Shown here: positions 1 to 13,398 of the stretch, in pieces
How positions within the stretch are numbered: the first letter of the stretch is position 1
Layout: the number at the start of each line of letters is the position of its first letter
NCBI GenBank assembly: GCA_012295275.1
Contig: CM022667.1
Coordinates: 16,802,001-16,866,000 of the forward strand
Length of the DNA stretch: 64,000 nucleotides
Direction: 5' to 3'
From: Chrysomallon squamiferum
Taxonomy: Eukaryota; Animalia; Mollusca
Translations under genes and position numbers: made by a program
Notes under the pieces: generated by a model
Told to the model about the DNA's origin: nothing
What the model saw: only the letters and a program-made list of their open reading frames with translations
Database searches by the model: none

Positions 1-638
1 TAGGGTTTCAGAGACTCAGAATTTATTTATATATATATCAATATATAAAGAATTCAACATGATGTATAAACTAATTTCCTGTGTTAACATAATCACCGTA
101 AGACGCTACAAAAATTAATTTCCAGTATTATTTTCAGATTAATAAATATTTTTAAACGTAATATCCTCAATGTCCTAACCGAGCACCTGATTTCTTTTGC
201 ATGTTGGAGACATTGTACTAATTTCAGTTATTAACTGCCAAATAGGACCTCTATAGATTCCCACAATTTTAGACCTGGATATGATTCCATTCAGCCATGT
301 TCACGGCAGAGTTTACACTTTTAATATCACATGGTTACTCATTTAAAGAGAAGAAGACAGAGAGAATTCTTAATATTAAGTAAACTATTCACTGCACTCA
401 GACTCACTAAAAGGTGTATGATCTTTACAAGATAGGTGCAGGACAAGACGTGTACATTTCAGAATTTTTTTCTTCACATTTCAATCTGCGCTGTCTGCTT
501 AAGTAGAAAATATGAAGAAACGTGACGTTCGAGGTATTGTATTTTTAAAGTGTGAGAAAACCGGAGATAAATGAAAATCAAACTTATCAAGAAGAAGATA
601 TTTGTGGGTTATCAAATGAAAGAACAGAAAAATATATA

Positions 639-1440
639 CCGTATATACTTGTGTACAAGGCGACCTTATGTATAAGTCGATGTGTATTTTAAGACCAAAA
701 CATTGCGTCATTTTAGGTATTACTTGTGTATAAGTCGACTTTAGATTCCAGGCACCGTCACTATTTTTAGACCAGTGTGACAGTGCCATGAAGGCCTACA
801 TTGTACGCCTACTGTAACATAACTTGCACGAGCTGTAACTTGCACGAACATACCATAATAACGTAAATGCATGTATTACAAGAGCTATAGCCTAAATGTA
901 TCATATATATAGTATCTCTTTAATGTAATAGGTCTAACATGGAGACCTAACTTACCGTTATATTTATCCGTTCTATGATTTACAAAATTTGTCGGTAGTG
1001 GATATTAATGACGATTGCAATATTATTTCACCAAATTCTTTACAATTAAACAAATGAGTTTTGTTTATGAAATTAGGACCGATATTTAATGCAATTTGAC
1101 AGAGAAGTCTGCATTCCTAGATCATTGCAAGACGCCGTAAGGCATAACGCCGTACTGACGGTTTTCTCGCTTTAAAATGTATTTTTATGTCATTAAATGG
1201 AAGAATATCATGTTTTACATTCATATTTGGTTTTGTTATTTAATTTTTCAAAATTTTGTATACGATAAAATTATATTTTTGAAAAGCTGAAAGACCGCGA
1301 TTATTTTAGGTGCATCCCGTAGTCAAAATGGCGACTCTTCAGCAACAGCTACAAAAGCATTACCTATGTATAAGTCGACCCCAAAAATATTACCTTAATA
1401 TAGTCTCCCAAAAATTCGACTTATACACAAGTATATACGG
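639..1440. mobile_element. Non-autonomous TA-inserting DNA transposon (MITE, Tc1/mariner-pogo superfamily type) in family A intron 1
   Basis: Terminal inverted repeats CCGTATATACTTGTGTA.AAG.CGA ... TCGACTTATACACAAGTATATACGG, flanked by TA at 637-638 and 1441-1442. Paralogous introns (~42840, ~54825) show the empty site AAATATATAACATAGC. Confidence 0.9.
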
Positions 1441-1573
1441 TAACATAGCATTGTGACAGCGAAATTTATTGAATAAACCCTGGGAATATCCCATATGATT
1501 TTCCGAAGCTTATCAACGTAAGGAAAAATAAACCCAAGTCTGATTGGTTTGTATTCGTTTCATTGTTCTTGTT

Positions 1574-1607
<34 letters not shown>

Positions 1608-1752
1608 CTTCGCACACTGTTAGTGAGTTCAACACATCCCTTTTAACGTCACAGAAAAGCGACTGTCTCCTCTCAGCTTTACATCGCACAAATCCAGAGT
1701 CGCCAGTTTAGAAAATGAAAATTCCAAAATGTATCACATTCAATAAATACAC

Positions 1753-1830
<78 letters not shown>

Positions 1831-1846
1831 CGTTGTTGTTCTTGTT

Positions 1847-2006
1847 GTTTCAGAACCTACTATCTGGTTTGTATTCATCAAATAAAAGTGCGTATGCATG
1901 ACATGAATGGATGTAGTAGATATGTGTACAACGAGCAACCTAGCATATTCTCTACCGGATAAATTGTTCATTATACACTGAGAATGGCTTCCTTCCACAG
2001 ACAAGG
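1847..2006 (+). repeat. Fragment of an unclassified dispersed repeat (copy 1)
   Basis: Similar to 12729-12935 (+) and to the reverse complement of 3940-4070; absent at the equivalent point of paralogous introns. Confidence 0.6.
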
Positions 2007-2293
2007 AATATACTATTGATTATTTCGCTTTAGCTATGGTTGTAGTTGTTGTTGTTGATGTTGTTCTGGTTATTTTTATTATTTTTTATTGACATCATTA
2101 TTATTATAGTTATAGTGATGTTGTTATTACTGCCAATGTTGAGGCCGTAGTTATTATTATTATTATTGCTGTGGAAGGTGCTGGTGGTAATAAATGATGT
2201 AGCTGTTACAGCCTGTTAATAAACAGCAATACTAATAATAACAATAAATATAATACTACTACTACTACTACTAACTACTACTACTACTACTAC

Positions 2294-2328
<35 letters not shown>

Positions 2329-2338
2329 TACAAATTAC

Positions 2339-2417
2339 CTTGAGTTGTTGACATTGACAAGACAGACGAAATAATAAAAATCAAACAGAAGACGGAAAAG
2401 AGCATGTGAACAGCCAT
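2339..2417 (-). CDS. Family A exon 1 (signal peptide MAVHMLFSVFCLIFIISSVLSMSTTQ/G) of a gene continuing off the left edge
   Basis: ATG at 2417, hydrophobic core, phase-1 donor CAAG|GTAATTTGTA. Bases 1-2338 are homologous to intron 1 of other copies. Confidence 0.85.
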
Positions 2418-2639
2418 AATGTCACTTTTCGTTTGTGATATTATTCAGTATTGATAATGTTTAAACAACAGTTTCGAGATGCGCTGTTTGATGCCTCTGT
2501 TTGATAAATCGGTTAAGTATACATAGAAACGTCTGGTGATATTTAAAGCACACAGCGGATCGTAATATACAGACTGAAATAATAACAGTTGATCATGTGT
2601 ATTATTAAAATATCGGTCTCTCAGTTTTTAAATGTTTCT

Positions 2640-2747
<108 letters not shown>

Positions 2748-3124
2748 TGTTCATACATTTGTGGACAAGGTTTATTTACATAGGAATCTTCCAATTTAAA
2801 TATATCTTTTATTCTTTGCAAAAATATTTTATCACTATCATATTAGACAGAGAGTTACATTTTCCTTATAACACTTAATTTCGGACTTGACTGTTTTACA
2901 AGAACTTCTCCCGGTTTCCTTTAATTTTACTGTGCAACAGATACCAGTAGACTGGAAAAAAAACAGGTTCGATTATTTCAATTCTGTACAAATCCATTAT
3001 GTAACAGTGAGATAATGTTTCTTACTGTTTTCCATACATTTATTTTATTTTATTTTGTGAAGTCATTCATAGTAAAATATTCATATATATATATATATAT
3101 ATACACACACATACACATATATAC

Positions 3125-3188
<64 letters not shown>

Positions 3189-3254
3189 GTATGCATTTGC
3201 ATCCATCTATCTGTGTATCTGTATGTGTGTGTATATATATGTGTGTGTGTGTCC

Positions 3255-3256
<2 letters not shown>

Positions 3257-3346
<90 letters not shown>
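3257..3346. repeat. (GA)n microsatellite
   Basis: Perfect tract; positional equivalents at 10265-10372 and 33894-34026. Confidence 0.95.
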
Positions 3347-3349
<3 letters not shown>

Positions 3350-3825
3350 AATTATCTGTAAACAAAATAAAGCTCCGAAATCACTTACTCAGTCTGTTAC
3401 GTTATTTTCCCATTTAATTATAGCCACTAAGTAATGTTTCTAAAAGAAAAATTAATGACAGTCCACAGGTCCAACCTCACATAGCATTGTGATCTTACTA
3501 ATAACACTGAGTAGAGAAAAAGATGAAGAATTTAATTCAATATTAATTATATTTTCAAAAATAGAATATACTCTTTAATTTTTAATAATTCAAAGTGAAC
3601 AGTTATACAATAAATTAGTCTAAATTTTAATTTATTTTATTTCTTTTCAATCTTATATGAATTTCAAAATAAATAATCATCTCTTTGAATCAATAATATA
3701 TTCAGGTGATCGTTCTGCAGATTAGATTATGTTTTTATGTATTTATGTTTGAGTATGTAAGCACGAATTAATAAATATCTGTGTGAAGTTATATAATATT
3801 ATAAGAAATATCAGGTATTTTGCCC

Positions 3826-3909
3826 TTACAATTTTTCTTTTTTTCTTGTAAGTAGTGGTTTTGTATATCTCGGTGTTGGCGTTGCAGTTGGTTTAGAACA
3901 CAAAACCAC
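3826..3909 (-). pseudogene. Relic 3' half of a family A exon 3 (VVLCSKPTATPTPRYTKPLLTRKKEKL*)
   Basis: Homologous to GVALCSEPSTT... tails; the 5' part is replaced by the dispersed repeat at 3940-4070. Confidence 0.65.
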
Positions 3910-3939
3910 GTTCAACTGTGCTCCCCAAGAGTTCATTCA

Positions 3940-4070
3940 CGACATGCTCATGTATTTTTATTTGATGGATACGAAGCAGGTAGTAGATTCTGAAAAGTGA
4001 ACCATTTTTGTAAGATTTCTTTTGTGTACGACCCTCTGACCGGCGATTTCGCCATACACTTGCGGGTTTC
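3940..4070 (-). repeat. Fragment of the unclassified dispersed repeat (copy 2, inverted)
   Basis: Reverse complement TGGCGAAATCGCCGGTCAGAG... matches 12731 TGGCGAAATCACCGGCCAGAG. Confidence 0.6.
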
Positions 4071-4140
4071 TCCGAGAACAGGTTTAAAAAAATAAAACAA
4101 AACATCAAAAAACATACATGTATATGTATGTATTTGCATC

Positions 4141-4181
<41 letters not shown>

Positions 4182-4524
4182 CTCTGTCTGTCTCTGTTCG
4201 CATTTGTTTCAGAGAACTAGAATCGTACATTTACGTAGACAGAGACAAAGAGGGAGAGAAAGACATTGAAATCAAATTCCATATAAACAAGATATACAGA
4301 TGGCAGCTTCCACATTATTTATTCAGTTTGTAATCATATATTCAGATAATAGTATCTACAGATTAGAGTGTATTTGTATATGTGTGTGTATTAATATATG
4401 TTAGAGTATATTAATAAATATTTGTATAGAGTTGTACATTATTTCATACAACATTATAATGAATATTCATTATTTAGCTACGAAATATTTCTTAGATCAA
4501 AAGAAAAAATCATTTCGCTCTTCT

Positions 4525-4727
4525 TTATGAGAAGGCTGTTGTAGGTGATGGTGTCGCAGAAGTCGGTGGCGTTGACTCGGGTGCAGAACACAAAGCCAAG
4601 CCATATTCTGGTTCCCAATCACCAGAAATAAACACTTGAGGAGGACATTTACAGTAACCATCATCACTAAAGTATTTCTGTTCATCCCCACGTAACACGT
4701 GTCCTGATGTCGTTTTACAATTACGTT
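4525..4727 (-). CDS. Gene A1 terminal exon E3' (ERNCKTTSGHVLRGDEQKYFSDDGYCKCPPQVFISGDWEPEYGLALCSAPESTPPTSATPSPTTAFS*)
   Basis: Acceptor TTATTACAG|AA, phase 1, open to TAA at 4525-4527; C-x21-C-x-C-x18-C plus Thr/Pro tail. Confidence 0.8.
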
Positions 4728-5092
4728 CTGTAATAATAATAATAATAACAATAATAATAATAATAACAATTATATAATAATAATAATAAATAATTTTTCG
4801 TTTGATATAATTAATTAATAATCTTCTTTTAATGTGAATACATTAGTATTAGACAACAACCACGTACTGCTTCTGCTACAGCTACCACTACTACTGTTGT
4901 CTCTTAAACTACTAATACTAATAGTACGATACCACTGCTAATACTAATCAAACTATTCAAACTAAGGCTGCGACTACTAATATTAATGCTAAAACTATCG
5001 TTATATTGATACCATTACCGCTACTAATCTACGATAAAACTACTACAGTTTCTGCTGCTGTTAGCATAAAGAGTTACTGAGAAGCCGCCTAC

Positions 5093-5308
5093 CTCGACAC
5101 GTGTATCTTTGACAGGCATCAGGACCGTGATCAACAGGATCGAAACACATTGGTGGAAAATAATCAGCGTGTATACAACGAATTTCTAATTCAGATGAAG
5201 AATAATAAGTAGGCTGATACCGACACTCGTCCGCACAACGTTCATAGTCTGGAACGACTTCTCCAGACAGGTAGATTCTTCCATTGTGAGAGCAGTGCGG
5301 TGGTAGCA
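5093..5308 (-). CDS. Gene A1 exon E2' (VWC-like; VLPPHCSHNGRIYLSGEVVPDYERCADECRYQ...CFDPVDHGPDACQRYTCR)
   Basis: 216 nt, phase 1-1, CACTATAG| acceptor and G|GTAGGC donor; fourth Cys mutated to Tyr. Confidence 0.8.
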
Positions 5309-6384
5309 CTATAGTGCGTATCGAACAATTAGAACAACAAAAACAGTGATTTTGATAATAATAATATTATTATTATTATTATTAACAACAACAACAACAA
5401 CAACAATAACACAAAAACAACAATAACAATGAGATCAATCTATATCAGAGAAACTCAAACTGAAAACTATTATTTTAAATTTTGTTGTGTGACCTATTGC
5501 GTACTGAAACAATTACTTGGACATATTTATATATCTAGATTGTTTATTATCACCGCCATTGCTGAATTTGTCAACAAAGCTAAACAAGCTTAGGTTTTCA
5601 TAGTCTGAGAAGGTCTCGGAAATTTATCAATATATAAACTATGCACATAATGTATATTTAAAAACAGATTTGAACTAATTTACAATAATAATTTCCAATA
5701 ATAATTTCCAATGTTATTTTTGAGATTAATAAATATTTTGAAACGGAATATCCTCAATGTCGAAACCGAACACCTTTCGCTTGCACTCATTTCTTTTGTA
5801 TGTTGGACGCATTCCACTAATTTCTGTTATTAACTGTAAATAGGATCGCTACAGATTCTCACAGTGTAGGACCTCAGTATCACTTTTCATTCAACTTCGT
5901 TCACTCCAGAGGTTACACTTTCACAAGAAGGTTTTAATACCATATCGTTGTTCATTTAACGTGGAAAAGACAGAAAGAATTCTCTACACTTAGGTTTACT
6001 AAAACGTTTTTGATCTTTACGAGATAGGTATAGCACAAGATGTAAATTTCTGAATTGTTTTCTTGACATTTGAATCTGCGCTAAGTCTGTTAGGGGAGAA
6101 AATATCAAGAAACGTGACTTTCGAGGTATTGTACTTTTAAAGTGTGAGAAAACAGGAGATAAATGAAAAGCAAACTTTTCCAGAAGAAGATATTCATGGT
6201 CCATCAAATGAAAGAACAGAACAATTTATAACATAGCATTATCAGAGTGATAGTTTTTAAATTAACTCTTGGAGTAGTGACGGAAAAATATTAACGCAAG
6301 TATGGTTGTTTTATATCTTTTTTTTTTTGTTGTTGTTTCGTACTTGTTTCTTGTTTTTATTTTTTATTTTTATTTATTTTATTT

Positions 6385-6427
<43 letters not shown>

Positions 6428-6787
6428 GTTGTTGTACAGGCAATCGATCTTAACATCACAGAATAGCGACTGACTCGCAGGTTTTTTATGTCACTCACAC
6501 ACCAAAGTCTGAGTTTACAAAAAGGATTTCTTAAAATGTTCACATTCAGTAAATATTCCTTTATTATTATTATTATTATTGTTGTTGTTGTTGTTGTTGT
6601 TGTTTTTGCTGTAGTTGTTGTTGCTGTTGATGATGATGATGCTATCATTATTATTATTATTATTATTAACATCATCTTATTATAACATCATCTGATGCTA
6701 TTACTAATATTGATCTCAGTATAATTATTATTGTTATAGAGGTGGTACCTGGTGCTGATAATATTTACCTAGCTGTTACTGTGTCAC

Positions 6788-6828
<41 letters not shown>

Positions 6829-6846
6829 GAAGAAGAAGAAGAAGAA

Positions 6847-6879
<33 letters not shown>

Positions 6880-6977
6880 GAAAAACAGGAAGAAGATGAA
6901 GAAGAATATTAATAACAATAATAACATCAGCTATGATGATCAAAATAACAGAAATAATAATAATAATTACAAATTAC

Positions 6978-7190
6978 CTTGCGTTGTCGTTTCCGAAAGT
7001 CGTGGTTTTGTAGATGTTGGCGGTGGTGTTCGCGTAGTAGATGGTTCGGAACACAAAGCCACGCCATATTTTGGTTCCCAACCACCAAATATACGCACTT
7101 GTGGAGGACATTTACAGTCACCATCATCACTAAATTATTTCTATTCATCTCCACCAAACACGTGTCCTGATGTCGTTTTACAGTTACGTT
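6978..7190 (-). pseudogene. Gene A1 internal exon E3 with two in-frame stops (GAA TAG AAA TAA)
   Basis: 213 nt, phase 1-1; ends with the exon-1-type donor CAAG|GTAATTTGTA; stops replace CAG and TAC of paralogs. Confidence 0.8.
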
Positions 7191-7822
7191 CTGTAATAAT
7201 AATAATAATAGTAATAATAATAATAATAACAATAATAACGATAACAACGTTTTCGTTTGATATAATTAAGTAATAGACTACTTTTATCCTTAATACATTA
7301 GTATTACGACAACAACCACTGTTCGTCCTGCTGCAGCTACTACTACTTTTACCTCTTCAAATACTAATACTTCTATTATATTACTTGATTCTGCTACTAT
7401 CACAACTTTTGCAACTCTTCTACGACAATAGTTCCTTATTCTTCATTACTGTTTGTTACTATTACTCGTAATACTATACTAATATTACGTCTACCACTGC
7501 TAATACTAATACTAATACATTATCATTTCTAAAACTCATGCTACAGCTATCACAACTGATACTAATGGCAACACTAAGCAATGCTATAACTATCACTACT
7601 AATACAATCACTAGTACTATTACTACGATAATATTATGACACATTCTACTGCTATTGGCATAAAGATAAACTGAATTACTGTATCTCGATATGTGTAACT
7701 CAAGTAATATTTATACTGCCAATAATATTATGATTCCTACTGGTATAACCGAGATTACAGATAATTAGACATTAAGTTCATCTACTGCTGTTGGTATAGG
7801 GAGACACTGAAAAGTTGTCTAC

Positions 7823-8065
7823 CTCGACATGTGTATCTTTGACAGGCATCAGGACCGTGATCAACAGGATCGAAACACATTGGTGGGAAATAATCAGCGT
7901 ATCTACAACGAATTTCTAATTGAGATGAAGAATAATAAGTAGACTGACAACGACACTCGTACGCACAACGTTCATAGTCTGGAACGACTTCTCCAGTCAG
8001 GTAGATTCTTCCATTGTGAGAGCAGTGCGGCCGTATTGGAGAAGTCAATAGAGAAGGTGTGTGCT
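7823..8065 (-). CDS. Gene A1 exon E2 (8-Cys VWC-like domain, EHTPSLLTSPIRPHCSHNGRIYLTGEVVPDYERCAYECRC...YTCR)
   Basis: 243 nt, phase 1-1, open, canonical AG/GT boundaries. Confidence 0.85.
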
Positions 8066-9164
8066 CTGTAATGTGTATGAAGCAATAAGAACCACAAAAT
8101 ACATTAATAACAATAATAATAATAATAACAATAATAACAATAATAATAATAATAGTTGTAGTAGTAGTAATAATAATAATAATAACAAAAACAACGATAA
8201 CATAAGAAACAATATAACAATAACTGTTATAATAATAATGGCATGAATCTATATTAGAAAACGAAAACAGAAAACGGTCATTTTAATTTTATCTTGTGTA
8301 TTTTTCTATGACATATTGGAACTGAAAACAACTACTTAGAGATATATCTATATGTACAGTGTCTAGTAGCTCTGCCAAATTTAAGCATTAGCTTAATATC
8401 TGAGAAGGTCCCACATAATTTGTGTTCATATATTTATCAATATACAAACAATGCACATAATGAATATTTAAAAACCGGTTTAATCTAATTTACAATATTA
8501 TAGTAATGAATATGAGATTTTGATAGGAATTAATTTCCAGTATTATTTTCAGATTATTAAATATTTTGAAACGGAATATCCTCAATGTCCAAACCGAACA
8601 CCTTTCGCTTGGACTGATTTCAGTTATTGACTGGCAAATAGGATCTTGACGTATCCAAACAGTTAAGACCTGATCAGCTTTCTATACAGCCACGTCCACC
8701 GCAGAGGTTACACTTTTACAAGAACGCTTTAATATCATATCGTTGCTCATTTAACGAGAAGAACACAGAGATAATTTTTAATATTAAGTAAATGTTTTTG
8801 ATTTTTACGAGATAGGTGTAGCACAAGATGTAAATTTCAGAATTGTTTTCTTGAAATTTGAATCTGCGCTAAGTCTGTTAAGGGAGAAAATATCAAAACA
8901 CGTCACTTTCGAGTTATTGTACTTTTAAAGTGTGAGAAAACAGCAGATAAATGAAAATCAAACTTATCCAGAAGACGTCATTCATGGGCTATAAAAGGAA
9001 AGAACAGACAAGTTTATAACAGCATTGTGAGACTTATATCTATTAAATTGTTCTTTCGTCTTTGTTCCTGGTTTTTATTATTTTTTATTTTATTATTATT
9101 ATTTTTTTATTCAAGCCTTGTTTACAAAATGAAAATTGTCAAAATGTATTACATTCAGTAAAAA

Positions 9165-9222
<58 letters not shown>

Positions 9223-9537
9223 TGAGAAATAATTTATGTTACTATTACTATCATTCACATCATATTTATTATTACTGTGATGTTATTACAGACATCGTCG
9301 GGAGTGTAATTATTATTACTATTATTATTACTTTAGCTATTGTTATTACTGTTATAATTATTGTTGTTCTTGTTGTTATTATTATTATCAGCATTATGAT
9401 TATTATTATTATCATCTTTATTATTACTGTCATATTACTACAGACACTGTTCAGCGTGTACTTATTATTATTATTATAACTGTGGTAGCTGCTGATGATA
9501 AAACTGATGTAGCTGTTACTGTGACATTTTAACAGCC

Positions 9538-9598
<61 letters not shown>

Positions 9599-9687
9599 GA
9601 AGAAGAAGAAGAAGCAGAGCAAGAAGAAGAATATTAATATTAATGACAATAATCAGAAAAGTAAAAATAATACTAAGTACAAATTAC

Positions 9688-9766
9688 CTTGAGTCGTTGG
9701 CATCGGTAAGACAGAAGAAATAATAAAATTCAAACAGAAGATGGAAAAGAGCATGTGAACAGCCAT
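9688..9766 (-). CDS. Gene A1 exon 1 (signal peptide MAVHMLFSIFCLNFIISSVLPMPTTQ/G)
   Basis: 79 nt, phase-1 donor GTAATTTGTA, conserved upstream promoter block. Confidence 0.85.
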
Positions 9767-10261
9767 AATGTTACTTTTCGTTTGTGACATGAGTCAGTAT
9801 TGACAACGTTTAAACAGCTGTTTCCACATGTGCAATTTGATGCCTCTGTTTGGTAAAAATGTTAAGTATGTATAGAACAGATCAGTGATGTTCAATGCTG
9901 ACAGCAGATGATGTCACGAGCGAAATATTGATATTAAAATAGTAAGGGTTTATCATGTCTATCATGTTTCTTTCCCAATATTCAGACATTTTTGGACAAG
10001 ATTGATTTATTTCTACCGGTTTTCTTTAATTTTAAATACTCATACCATTACAGATACCGATACATTTAAAAGTATCAGGTTCGATTTTTTTTATCTCTTT
10101 ACAAATCCATTATATAACACAGAGAAAATGATTTTTTTACAGTTTTGTATACATTTATTGTCTTTTATTATGTGAAATCATTCATAGCATATATTTGTAT
10201 TTATGTATCTGTGTATGTAGGCTTTTCTATATGTGTGTGGCTGTGTTTAGGTATGTGTGTA

Positions 10262-10374
<113 letters not shown>

Positions 10375-11125
10375 ATGATGCTAGATTAAAGCTGGACGTC
10401 ATTTTAAGACAACTGTAGCAATCTCAAACAATAATGTAAGTAATTAACTATAAATTGGGAGCCAAGAGTTATTTTTTTTGAAATTTCGCTAAGTCTGCTT
10501 TAGTGGTTTGACCCCAACTGACCTGAGAAACCAATGCTTAAATTGAGATATTTCTTGAGCAAAATACAATATGGTTCTGAAAATGGACTGAAAATGGAAG
10601 ATATTGTATGGAATATATGCAGTGGATGTTGGTTAAATAGAACCTCTACTCTTTCCTTCATGTACGGTATCTCATTAACCTCCGCATGTCTCTATATAAT
10701 ATCAATCAACCACAATATACGAATTTTGGTTCATGCTATTTTAACCAACAGCGCTACAAACAATAACAATGATGATTTTCCACGGTCATATATCAACCTC
10801 TAGACCAGTTAATCCATCGACCCTTGTGGCTGTGGAATGACAATTGTATCGCGTAAAAAGACGTGAATCGTAAATTGAATTATTATTCAAACATCTAACT
10901 GGATTACATATATCAGTAACTTATCTGGTATTGTGTGAAATATTGCATTAACAAATTAGGGATCAAAATATAATCTTAAATAAGGTAGACCGGGCTATCT
11001 TTAATTGAATTTATAATTAAAAGAAAAAAACAGAGGTAAAAAAAAAAAAAAAAACTGTCATTAACCAAAGACAATCTAGAAGTAGAGGTAAATATTACAA
11101 TTTATAATTTCATCGATTAATGTAG

Positions 11126-11335
11126 ACGTGTTCTCAGCCAGTATGGATAACATCACAAGTCTTGATCACTTCAAAAATCAAAGTTACTGCTACTTCTGGA
11201 GAAAGCCATGGAAAGCTGAACCATGGAATCTGTCAATTTTACACGAAACCTGTTTGTCAAGATCAGTTGTCGTGGTGATTTGTGTTGCTCAGAAGAGAGA
11301 TTCCTACTACTGGAAATATGTCATCTTGAACTGCA
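11126..11335 (+). other. Candidate 210-nt Cys/Trp-containing exon of the inserted segment
   Basis: TGTAG| acceptor, |GTAAGT donor, one frame open (VFSASMDN...YCYFWRKPW...TC...IC...NC); family not recognised. Confidence 0.4.
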
Positions 11336-11555
11336 GTAAGTATCACTCGGTTTATTTAGCGATTCAGAACAGTGACTTATTCTTTGTGCATATCAAAATG
11401 ATTTTCTAAAACAAAGCTTTCAGGAAAAGAAAAAAAGGAGAGAAAAAAATGAAATTTTATACCACCGGTAAGGACACGTTACTTGTTAATATATGTAACA
11501 TGCATTTACAGGCATATATAATGAGTTATAATTTAGTTGTTGTATTTATATTTAG

Positions 11556-12398
11556 ACATCATCAACTAAATCTAAATCTGACGAAATAACAACTACCACA
11601 AAAGCAATGAAAACAAATACGATGCTAGCAACATCGAAGACCCACAGTAATGCAGCTACAAAAACAGCGCAGCTAACGACATCGAAGACCCACAGTAATG
11701 CAGCTACAAAACAGCGCAGCTAACGACATCGCCCACACTTTTTGCTGTTACAAACGTAACGGATTCATTTGAAGCAGCAAATAATACGAAACCACAAAGT
11801 ACAACAAACAGATCAGCGGATGAATCAACAACGCCTGGCAGTGACTTAACAGGAATCTCTGAAGAGGAATTAACAACAAAGAATACATCTACGTCAACGG
11901 CCTTTGCAGTTGAACAGACGACGCACATTCTAACTGAATCAGTATCAGCACCGAAGAAGAATTATCTGAAACAACTGAAACTGAGTTACCCATTCATCCA
12001 TTTGAATCGTTAATGCAAACGCTAATTGAATCAGTATCAATCACTGGAGAAGAAGCATTTGAAACGACCGAAACTGAATTATCAATAACTCCAACTGAAC
12101 AAGTAAGAACCACATCAACCGAATCGTCATCAACTGTACTTCAGCCATCGTCAACCGTTACTGATACACCGATGACTGTCACAGAATTTGAATTAATAGA
12201 AACAGAAACAAATATGGCAACAACTTTAACTGAATCAACGACAAAGGTTGATGAATCCAACCCACTTGAAACTCAACCACTGAGAATCTCACCAGTTAAA
12301 TCAACAATAAACACTACAGTCGAACGAACAATAACTGAGTCAAGTACCGTTTCCGAATCACTAAAGGTTACTACTTCGGTTGCAGCAGAACTAACTCA
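11556..12398 (+). pseudogene. Decayed Thr/Ser/Glu-rich mucin-like exon
   Basis: TTTAG| acceptor; TSSTKSKSDEITTTTK... and MQTLIESVSITGEEAFETTETE...; frameshifts near 11710 and 11950; ~48-bp tandem duplication at ~11632-11725; 3' end truncated. Confidence 0.65.
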
Positions 12399-12728
12399 AA
12401 TAAAATTATATTTAAACAAGATATATCTACAGTAGCTTCCAAATCATTTACTCAGTCTCTTTCGATGTTTCCCAAATCATTACAACAATAAATAATGTCA
12501 CTAAACGAAAAATGACTGAGAAATTCTACAGTTATACGGTAAATTAAGCTAACTTGTAATTCATTTTGTTTCGTTTCAATCTTATGTGAAATTAAAAATA
12601 AATAATTATGTCTTTGAACCAATAATATATTAAGATAATCGTTCTCCAGATTAGATTCTCTATGTATGTATGTATGTTAGAGTATGTTTCAACGTATTTA
12701 TAAATATTTCCAAAATTCCTGAGAGAGG

Positions 12729-12935
12729 TGTGGCGAAATCACCGGCCAGAGCGTCGCTCATCAGTGAAATCTTAGAAAAATTGTTCATTCGTGCTGTCTG
12801 GTTAGTATTCATCAAATCAAAGTACACGAGCATCTCAGGTATCATGCAGATATGTGTACACCTGAGCAACCTAGCAAATTCTTCACGGGCAAAATTGTTC
12901 AATATACACTAATAATGGCTTCAATGTTACCGACA
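12729..12935 (+). repeat. Fragment of the unclassified dispersed repeat (copy 3)
   Basis: Shares GTATTCATCAAAT, GATATGTGTACA, GAGCAACCTAGCA and AAATTGTTCA.TATACACT with 1847-2006. Confidence 0.6.
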
Positions 12936-13102
12936 AAAGACTATCCGTTGAACTGTTGATTATATCATTGAAAGGCCATTTTTTAGTAAAATATTCGTAA
13001 AACATAATTAGGTTGATCGATTTTCTTTGTTGGAAAAAATTCTTTACAACACATTATATTTAAATCAGCTCTTTCTACCTTCATATTTCTGTCTGAATCC
13101 CC

Positions 13103-13183
<81 letters not shown>

Positions 13184-13398
13184 CACTATTACTACTACTA
13201 CTACAGCTACTATTACTATTATTAACATCTTCATTATTATTACTATGATTTGTTCTTACTGACTTTGTTGAGGCTCTAGTTATTATTACTATTGCTGTGG
13301 CGGATTCTGATGATAACATTGATGTAGCTGTTACTATATCACAACTAACAACAACAACAATAACAACAACAACAATAATAATAATAAGTACACATGAC

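Noticed and set aside
499-789. Recurrent ORFs with HLSPVFSHFKSTIPR (also ~5956, ~42668, ~54652)
   Set aside because: They are paralogous intron-1 sequence with indels and stops differing among copies; the similarity reflects duplication, not coding constraint.
3015-3434. ORF-track proteins rich in ERER, YIYI, LSLS, CVCV, HTHT, polyI/L/N/Y (here and throughout the window)
   Set aside because: They are translations of GA, AT, CA and AAT microsatellites, with no splice or homology support.
5061-5309. Single-exon small genes as given by the ORF track (also 7782-8048, 22183-22431, 45985-46386)
   Set aside because: Conserved AG/GT sites and abrupt loss of conservation show these are exons; the ORF ends run into introns.
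7823-9766. Assigning the symbol VWC2/brorin
   Set aside because: Only the Cys skeleton and short motifs resemble it; orthology cannot be supported without a search.
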